This document shows positions 57,568-64,000 of a DNA stretch of 64,000 bases, one piece after another (within the stretch, counting starts at the first letter, position 1; each line of letters opens with the position of its first letter). The DNA is from an uncultured delta proteobacterium (GTDB lineage Bacteria > Desulfobacterota > Desulfobaccia > Desulfobaccales > 0-14-0-80-60-11). The stretch is from contig CAWETI010000003.1 of the NCBI GenBank assembly GCA_963812015.1, positions 1,408,001-1,472,000 on the forward strand. The letters are read 5' to 3'. Below the pieces are notes generated by a model that saw only the letters and a list, made by a program, of their open reading frames with translations, searched no databases and was not told the origin of the DNA. The position numbers were made by a program, and so were the translations under genes.

Positions 57568-60238
57568 TCTCCTCTATGTCTTCCTCATCATCGGCTTCAG
57601 ATTCAAACATGGAACGCCATTCAACCAGATTTACCCTGTACCTGACCCGGCCTGCAATGCCACTATCATCGAACTTCGGAAAGCTCAGCCCGAGAGCAAT
57701 GAGAGGATCCCCTCCGGAATCGTAAGGCTCTCCATCAAGATATGCGTTCACCACATGGATCAGCAGCAGGGGACGATAGCGGATACTGCGATACATTTTA
57801 TCCGGTACACTTTTTCCGGGGTTCTCGGCCTTGTATTTTTCCTCCATCATCCTGACCTGTTCAGGATCAATCCCCTCCCTTTCAACCCCGCGGGAGCCGA
57901 CTCGAGCCCTTGCGCCAGAGACGATAATAGCCTTCGATTGGTTGTTAATTTCAACAGCCCTTCGCTGAGGTCTTATCCTTACCCCCAAAAAGTCGATTTC
58001 GGGTTCTCCTCCATTGGGGATCGCCACATCCCATTCAGCCAGCCTTGGCTCGGGTGTCCGGTCAAGAAAGTCCGCAAGATCAGCACCCTGAAATAACATA
58101 TTAGAAGGATGACTGTCATACCTCCTGAGAAGCTTTGCGATCAGTGCTTTCGGCACCTTGCGCCAGAGCGAATTACCAAGTGAGGAAGTTTCCTTGGCGA
58201 TGCGAGTAACTGACAGATCATCCAGGAAGTCTTTAACCGCCAGCACGTTAGCACGGAGTGAGTCTCTGGAAAACCGGATTCGAGGGGTTTCAATTCCCGT
58301 CTCACTGACAGAGACAAATTTTTCGATTGTTTTCGCCAGTCGCATCTTATTCCGCGCTGTAACAATAAGGCTGTCTGGAGAAAGGCGAACCTTCAGGCCA
58401 AAATCCCTGGGTGTTCTGTCCATAGCACGCATTTTCTTGCACTCATCTCTGAGTTCCTCACTGGCAAGGGAGATATGTGAATACCACTGTGCTGCATCAT
58501 CGGTGATCCAGAGCCTTATGAGATCCTCATATCCATCCCGGTAGCCAAACCAGCGTCCCATTTGCAGGAGTGTGTCATACATCTGAGAATTGCGATAAAA
58601 ATAGCTGGTGGAAAGACCCTCAAGGGTGAGACCACGAGAGAGACTATTTCCCCCAACCGCAATGACACGGAGCCCTGTCTGTGAATGAAGCCTGTAGTCA
58701 AGACTTGCTGCCCCGGTGCGCTGGTTTACCGCCTTTACGACAACCGGGAGAGCGCCCTTAGGCAGACCTTTCTGAACACTTGGCCAGCTAAATCCCGCAC
58801 TCTGATACTCGCGCTCCCATGTGCGCCTGAGTTCGGAGATGCTTTCAATCCTCAGCGCCTCACCTGTTGGAAGCTGGCTGTAGTTTCTAATATCCTGCTG
58901 AATTCTGCGAAGTTCCAGATCGATGAGTCTTTCAACCTGATCTTGAACGTTGGTGAACTGGCTGACATTAACGAGCATTGACCTGTGGCTTGGTCCCGCA
59001 CCCCGCAGATCCCGAATTGTTGTGGCAATGATAAACGTTCGGATTGCCTCGTGAAGGCTTTCCGGGAGATCTTCAACAATGAGCGAAGACTTGTGCTTTG
59101 GCGGGAAGGATGCTTCTGCATCCCTGATTGGTCTCAGCAGTCTGCTGTCTTCGTCGAAGACGACAGATGGACCTGTATAGTTGCTGGGGGCGTCAAGGCA
59201 GTAGATAAAATCGCGTGGAAAAAGGTCGTGTCCGAGCATATCATCTTCAGTATCAGGATCAACGAAGATGTTTGCAAAGGGAGTTGCTGTGAATCCGACA
59301 TAGCTTGTCCTCGTGAAAAGATGCAGGATCGAGCGGATTCTTTCATTGATGGCTGTCGGATCATTATCCTGTGAGTTGGTATTGATTGATGCGTTGTCCG
59401 CTTCATCGTCTATAAGCAAAAGAGGGGAATCTATCCTGCCGCTGCTATCAGCATTGAAGTTTCGGAGCCAGTTTTCGAGATTTTCGAGTATTCGCTTATT
59501 CTTTTTGACCACAACCAGAACCGGCTCTATGAAGACATTTAGCCTGAAGTTCAGAGCATTCAAGATCTCTTTGTTGAAATCCCTTTGACGTGAAGTGAAG
59601 ACCCCTGCAGACCGTCTTGAATCGATCAGGCCAACACCCACTACCCGACGACTATGTTTTTGCTTGAGAATGTTAGAGCTGTCCAGGCCCACAAAACCCT
59701 CGTCGAGCCGCTCCTGTGTCTGACGCCGGAGATTTTCCAGGGTGCCCGTAAGCAGGATTATGAGTTTATATCCAGCATCGGCAGCCTTGGAGCAGAGCGC
59801 TGTGTACGTTGCTGTTTTCCCGGACTGGACATTACCGACTACAAGCCCGCGCCGTTTCCAGGAATTTCCCAACTCGGGATTCCCGAGTTGATCCAGTATG
59901 TTATCCGTTACGCGGTCAAGGGTAGATACCACCTGCGGCGGCCATGAACGTCGCCTTAGGTACATAGAGTACCGGTCCCAGTAGAAAAAATTTATTGCAG
60001 GTTTTCTGGCGCTTAGCCATGGAACATGATCCTGTTCTACGAGAGCCGTGCCTATCTCCATCGTAATGGTAAGGCGGGCATGAAGACTCCTGATCAGATG
60101 TTCAAAGTCATCATCTGGGAGGGGGAACGCCGTTCGAAGCTTCGATGCCATCTCAAACACTTCATCTTCCGTAGGGACTCGGTCACCTGGTAACGAGACT
60201 AGAACAGCGTTTTCCAGCAGTTTGAAATTTTGGTTCAT
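57518..60238 (-). CDS. SF2-like ATPase with Z1 domain (MzaC-like)
   Basis: GNVQSGKT, IDDEADNAS, GFTATP, HRSMLVNVS, SRGLTLEGL, DTLLQMGRWFGYR. Confidence 0.93.
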   Translation of the reverse strand: MNQNFKLLENAVLVSLPGDRVPTEDEVFEMASKLRTAFPLPDDDFEHLIRSLHARLTITMEIGTALVEQDHVPWLSARKPAINFFYWDRYSMYLRRRSWPPQVVSTLDRVTDNILDQLGNPELGNSWKRRGLVVGNVQSGKTATYTALCSKAADAGYKLIILLTGTLENLRRQTQERLDEGFVGLDSSNILKQKHSRRVVGVGLIDSRRSAGVFTSRQRDFNKEILNALNFRLNVFIEPVLVVVKKNKRILENLENWLRNFNADSSGRIDSPLLLIDDEADNASINTNSQDNDPTAINERIRSILHLFTRTSYVGFTATPFANIFVDPDTEDDMLGHDLFPRDFIYCLDAPSNYTGPSVVFDEDSRLLRPIRDAEASFPPKHKSSLIVEDLPESLHEAIRTFIIATTIRDLRGAGPSHRSMLVNVSQFTNVQDQVERLIDLELRRIQQDIRNYSQLPTGEALRIESISELRRTWEREYQSAGFSWPSVQKGLPKGALPVVVKAVNQRTGAASLDYRLHSQTGLRVIAVGGNSLSRGLTLEGLSTSYFYRNSQMYDTLLQMGRWFGYRDGYEDLIRLWITDDAAQWYSHISLASEELRDECKKMRAMDRTPRDFGLKVRLSPDSLIVTARNKMRLAKTIEKFVSVSETGIETPRIRFSRDSLRANVLAVKDFLDDLSVTRIAKETSSLGNSLWRKVPKALIAKLLRRYDSHPSNMLFQGADLADFLDRTPEPRLAEWDVAIPNGGEPEIDFLGVRIRPQRRAVEINNQSKAIIVSGARARVGSRGVEREGIDPEQVRMMEEKYKAENPGKSVPDKMYRSIRYRPLLLIHVVNAYLDGEPYDSGGDPLIALGLSFPKFDDSGIAGRVRYRVNLVEWRSMFESEADDEEDIEENGLATSSAVARTRDRL

Positions 60239-61707
60239 TATTTTAGCCTTTCCAGAATGCTTCTGGTCTGTTCCGGGAAAAATACAAAGGGCTCCATGCT
60301 TGGGATTGCCTGTAAGAGTCTTTCGGCAGCTTCTGGATCCCCCGAAAGAGATTCAAACATAGAAGAGATTATCGTGGCAAGCATCTCTGCCTCCCCGTTT
60401 CCTTCTGTTCGGTTCTCAACGTGTCTATCAGCAGCCATATCGGCATAGACAGCAGCGAAGGGAAACGACACCTCCAGCGAATCCAGGAGACTGTCAAGAA
60501 GTGAAAGCTCCTCGTTTGTGATCTCAGCTTTCAGGGTTTGCAGCAGGGGATGATCTCGGTTTATGCGGTAAAGGATTCCCTGTCGGCTGTCGATACGGTC
60601 CCATACATGAGTTATAGAATCCTGGGTGACCCTCCTGCCGCGGAAAGTATAGACCTGACGGCTTGTTTCGCCAATTCTTTCGATAATCCGCCGGAGGCCC
60701 TGACGGACCGCTTCGGGTGGAGAGGCCGTAGACTTTTTGATGTCCAATGTCCAGAAATGGTCCAGAGAATTAGGTATCTCGACCATAACACGGGCAAGCT
60801 TTGTAAGTTCTTCCTGCCTCGAGAGTCTGAACCATGTGCCCCAGGTAATAAGCCGACGATTCCGGTAAATATAGAATCCCTGATTTCTGCGCAGTCCTTC
60901 CTCCCCGCCGGCAATTCTTCTCTGTTCCTGGCTAAGCTTTGATAAGTGAGGAAGGATGTATGGAAGCACACGGACTCTGCTGCCTTCTACTTCCAGAACT
61001 TCTTCTGGAAGTTTCTGAGTCGCTTTATGGGAAATCAAAAATGGATCCAGCGCTTCGACCCTGTTATTGTTAATATAAATTTCAATACGGGGTCGGGTTC
61101 CCTCCGCGGAAAGGTACCTGTGAAACACAAGAGCAAGGTGATCGCGAGCCCGGTCAACGAGCTCGCCCAGTCTTCTCTCCAGGTTTGAGTAGCCAGCCTG
61201 TAATTTATCAAGTTCCTCCCAGATTATGAGCGTTCCTTGCCCCATCTCCATCAGCTCAGCTACGTGGGGTTTGGCTTGTGCTTCATGGTCGGAGAGGACC
61301 AGGAGCACCCACTCATTCCGCTGCGCTACAAAATCAAGATCCCAACAGCCTGCACTAAGATAGCCATCTTTTAAAGAAATCACAGTTAGCTTGCGGCATT
61401 GTGACAGAGAAGCGGTCTTAAGGCCCAAACCAAAACGCCCAAGATCTTCAGGATCCCGCTCAGATGAGGGATGGCGGCTGCCGTGGCGCATTGCATACAC
61501 CAGTTCATAACGTTCCATGCCAGATCCATTGTCGAGGAGAGCTACATAAGGATCTCCGAAGGGCCGAAAATCAAGTCTGATTTCGCGTGCTCCAGCAGAG
61601 ATGCTGTTATCGATCAAATCGGCTATAGCGGTCTCAAAGGAATAACCAACAGCCCTAAGCGACTCCAGCAAGGTGGACGCAACCGGAGGCAGTATAATTT
61701 CATCCAT
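60238..61707 (-). CDS. MORC/MutL-like GHKL ATPase (MzaB-like)
   Basis: DLIDNSISA, DNGSGM, DLGRFGLGLKTAS, QGFYIYRNRRLI, LDIKKS; TAATG coupling to Z1. Confidence 0.92.
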   Translation of the reverse strand: MDEIILPPVASTLLESLRAVGYSFETAIADLIDNSISAGAREIRLDFRPFGDPYVALLDNGSGMERYELVYAMRHGSRHPSSERDPEDLGRFGLGLKTASLSQCRKLTVISLKDGYLSAGCWDLDFVAQRNEWVLLVLSDHEAQAKPHVAELMEMGQGTLIIWEELDKLQAGYSNLERRLGELVDRARDHLALVFHRYLSAEGTRPRIEIYINNNRVEALDPFLISHKATQKLPEEVLEVEGSRVRVLPYILPHLSKLSQEQRRIAGGEEGLRRNQGFYIYRNRRLITWGTWFRLSRQEELTKLARVMVEIPNSLDHFWTLDIKKSTASPPEAVRQGLRRIIERIGETSRQVYTFRGRRVTQDSITHVWDRIDSRQGILYRINRDHPLLQTLKAEITNEELSLLDSLLDSLEVSFPFAAVYADMAADRHVENRTEGNGEAEMLATIISSMFESLSGDPEAAERLLQAIPSMEPFVFFPEQTRSILERLK

Positions 61708-62074
61708 ACAGAAACCGACTCGCCAATGGCGGAAGAATTTTGCCGGCTTACAAGCCGCTAAGAGACAGCAAACTCGACGTTAGCACAAACTATTTCATGC
61801 ATGCAAGGTTTGACTAAACTGCTGTCATCGCGGAAACAACCCTTCGGGTTCGGAGCAGTCCAGAAATCGGGATCTCGCCTGCGGCGGGGACGGCAATTCG
61901 GGTTACGGATTGCGAAGGGCAGGAGAATTGGGAATTGCTGATAGAGAGTCGGGGAGAGCCACACCCCCAAGGGCCGAGAAAAGCAGGATTCCAAAGGATC
62001 ATGCTCTGTCCGGTATGCAAACCGAGAAATATGAAGTCGTTTTTGGTTAACATCCATGTCTAAAATGGTCCATA

Positions 62075-62488
62075 CTAATTTTCGCAGAGCAGGTTCGAGA
62101 GTTTCCGCCCCAGAGAGTCCAGATCAGAAAGGTCGCACTCCCAGATAACAAAGACACGCCATCCCTGGTCTTTGAGCTCGACGGTTGCCTTTTCATGAAC
62201 GTTGATGTTCTGTTCAAACTTCTTCATCCAGAAGTCGACTCTGCTTTTAGGGGTGTATGCAAATCGGCATCCAGGGTGCCTGTGCCAGAAGCAGCCGTGA
62301 ACGAATATCACTGTCTTGAACTTTGGCAGGACGATGTCAGGGGTACCGGGAAGGGATTTAACATGAAGTCTGAAGCGGTACCCCATTCTGTGCAGCAAAC
62401 TTCTCACAACCTTCTCGGGACGTGTGTCCTTTGATCGGATCCGGGACATGTTCCAGCTTCTTTTCTCTTTAGACAGTGGGTCCGTCAT
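62075..62488 (-). CDS. vsr: Very short patch repair endonuclease
   Basis: RSWNMSRIRSKDTRPE, LPGTPDIV, FVHGCFWHRH, WEC. Confidence 0.96.
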   Translation of the reverse strand: MTDPLSKEKRSWNMSRIRSKDTRPEKVVRSLLHRMGYRFRLHVKSLPGTPDIVLPKFKTVIFVHGCFWHRHPGCRFAYTPKSRVDFWMKKFEQNINVHEKATVELKDQGWRVFVIWECDLSDLDSLGRKLSNLLCEN

Positions 62489-62688
62489 AAGAAGATCTTT
62501 CCTCAATCCGTTGTAAGAAATCCTCCGCTCTCAAGCTGTTCGATGACCTCATAGACCACCGATCGGATCCGGGACATGTTCCAGCTTTTTTTCTCGTGAG
62601 ACAGTGACTCCGTCATAAGCAGATCTTTCCTCGACCCGTTGTAACAAGATCCTTTGCTTTCAATCCTTGCGATGAGCTCATAGACCAC
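62433..62688. repeat. Diverged tandem duplication (128 + 129 bp) across the dcm/vsr junction
   Basis: GATCGGATCCGGGACATGTTCCAGCTT starts at both 62433 and 62561; both units end in CATAGACCAC. Confidence 0.92.
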
Positions 62689-64000
62689 TTTGGCAATCTG
62701 CAAGGCCAGAAAAGGAGGGACCGCATTTCCCACCTGCTGGTACTGGGCCGTTCTTGGGCCTTCAAAAAAGTAGTTGTCCGGAAAGGTCTGAAGCCGGGCT
62801 GCCTCTCTGACACTCAGGCTACGGCATTGTCTGGGATCAGGATGTATGAAGTAGTGCCCGTCCTTTGCCATGTGACATGTAATTGTGCTCGCCGGCATGT
62901 TTAAAAGCTGCACCCGGAACCGATCAGCAAAAAGTCCCCACCCGGATCTAGCGGCCTCTGATGCATTCGCATGCTTTGGCATAAGCTCATCGGGAAAATC
63001 CATGAGGCGAGGGGACCGATTAAAGGTCTTGCCAAAACAGGCTACAAAAAGGTACCGGTGAAGATCGCTTCGCATGTGCTGGCGCGATGAGTGGTTGCAT
63101 ACGCCCTTAAGCTGCTCATCGTGGTACCAGATCTCCATCCACCCTGGCTTTTTGCTGTGGAGCATGAACTGTCCACCAGTGAGCGGGGCCTCATTCACAT
63201 TGCTACATGCCGAAAGAATCTCGGCGCGCAGTTCGGGACCTATCTTCGCATCATTAATCCAGTTTGACCGGGATATCGACTTCACGGCATCGACCCAGGC
63301 TTCGGTACTGTCCTCTCCCCTTGAAAGAGCGCTCCTGAGAGTGGGCAGATCCCCTATGACGTCCCAGGCGCTGACGTGCTTTTCACTCTCACAAAGGGGT
63401 TCAGGGGCGGCCCCGATGTCATTTCTCACCCCGATCAGTATGACGCGGTGGCGTGTCTGGGGAACTCCATACTTCTCCGCCTGCACGATGTACGGCACAA
63501 CATCTTTTGACGCGAAGGGAATATCAGTGTTTTCTGTGAGAGGGAAAATGCGGTATTTCAACCTTTTTGAAATTCGCCGTTGGATTGTCGGGTTGTCATC
63601 AAATGCCTTTCCTGGCTCCTGGAGATCTTGCAGAATTTTGCGGAAGATGCTCTCCCCGTTCAGCCTGCATGTGAGAATTCCTTTAACATTCTCCATGACA
63701 AAAACCGGTGGTCTGTGAACAGCGATAACGCGAAGGTACTCCTTGTACAGGAAATGCCTTGGATCCTTCTCGAATTGCTCCGGATTGGATCCACGCATTC
63801 GTGATCTTCCCACAGTCGAATAGGCCTGACAGGGAGGACCACCAATAAGCACCCACCGGTCGGCCCCTCCTACTGCAGCCCGTATTCGTCTGTCGACATG
63901 CCTTGATCCCAGGTCCTGATGGCCAAGTTCTGCATGCCAGGCCAAAGAAGAGGCTGACTTGCTTTCCCTGGAAAAAGCATTGAAAAGATCTTCTCGAGAG
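62503..64000 (-). CDS. dcm: DNA (cytosine-5) methyltransferase, 5' end outside the window
   Basis: GGPPCQAYS (IV), ENVKG (VI), QTRHRV (VIII), RSLSVREAARLQTFPD (IX), YQQVGNAVPP (X). Confidence 0.95.
   Translation of the reverse strand, partial: SREDLFNAFSRESKSASSLAWHAELGHQDLGSRHVDRRIRAAVGGADRWVLIGGPPCQAYSTVGRSRMRGSNPEQFEKDPRHFLYKEYLRVIAVHRPPVFVMENVKGILTCRLNGESIFRKILQDLQEPGKAFDDNPTIQRRISKRLKYRIFPLTENTDIPFASKDVVPYIVQAEKYGVPQTRHRVILIGVRNDIGAAPEPLCESEKHVSAWDVIGDLPTLRSALSRGEDSTEAWVDAVKSISRSNWINDAKIGPELRAEILSACSNVNEAPLTGGQFMLHSKKPGWMEIWYHDEQLKGVCNHSSRQHMRSDLHRYLFVACFGKTFNRSPRLMDFPDELMPKHANASEAARSGWGLFADRFRVQLLNMPASTITCHMAKDGHYFIHPDPRQCRSLSVREAARLQTFPDNYFFEGPRTAQYQQVGNAVPPFLALQIAKVVYELIARIESKGSCYNGSRKDLLMTESLSHEKKSWNMSRIRSVVYEVIEQLESGGFLTTD

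Larger units (their letters stand above)
44798..64000 (-). mobile_element. Integrative phage-satellite-like island or reduced prophage at tRNA-Leu, extending past the window end
   Basis: Integrase next to the tRNA 3' end; xis, terL, terS, primase and helicase; lower-GC defence cargo; no second att copy seen in the window. Confidence 0.88.

Noticed and set aside
44798..64000. Calling the element an intact prophage and locating its second att site
   Set aside because: No portal, capsid, tail or lysis genes and no duplicate of the tRNA-Leu 3' end seen within the window

Overview
High-GC bacterial chromosome segment, deltaproteobacterial / Desulfobacterota-like by gene content (inference). Bases 1-44797 are mostly core genome: P-type ATPase end, SH3 protein plus M48 peptidase, an RND efflux operon, a protoglobin fusion, a histidine kinase, era, moeA, rubrerythrin, plsY, xseAB-ispA-dxs, a GH8 glycosidase, tRNA-Ala, LPS glycosyl/acyltransferases, mlaEFDC, gap-pgk-tpiA, secG and tRNA-Leu. 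Many spacers carry REP/MITE-like palindromes. From the 3' end of tRNA-Leu(GAG) to the window edge (44798-64000) lies an integrated element with all genes on the minus strand. It encodes a tyrosine integrase, an excisionase-like HTH, lambda-type large and small terminases, a ParB-methyltransferase broken by one TGA, a primase and a P4/D5-type helicase. It also has a lambda cosQ/cosN-like site and a candidate origin, but no portal, capsid or tail gene within the window. Its cargo is a Dcm-Vsr-MORC/GHKL-Z1-DUF4420-AIPR (Mza-like) defence cassette. The best candidate for an undescribed system is this capsid-less, terminase-complete satellite-like island. Other oddities are a tandem duplication that grafts the Vsr N-terminus onto Dcm, a poly-G frameshift in a lipid A acyltransferase, and an in-frame palindromic insertion in the GH8 gene. 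All calls come from reading motifs by eye; no database searches were run, and the right end of the element is outside the window.
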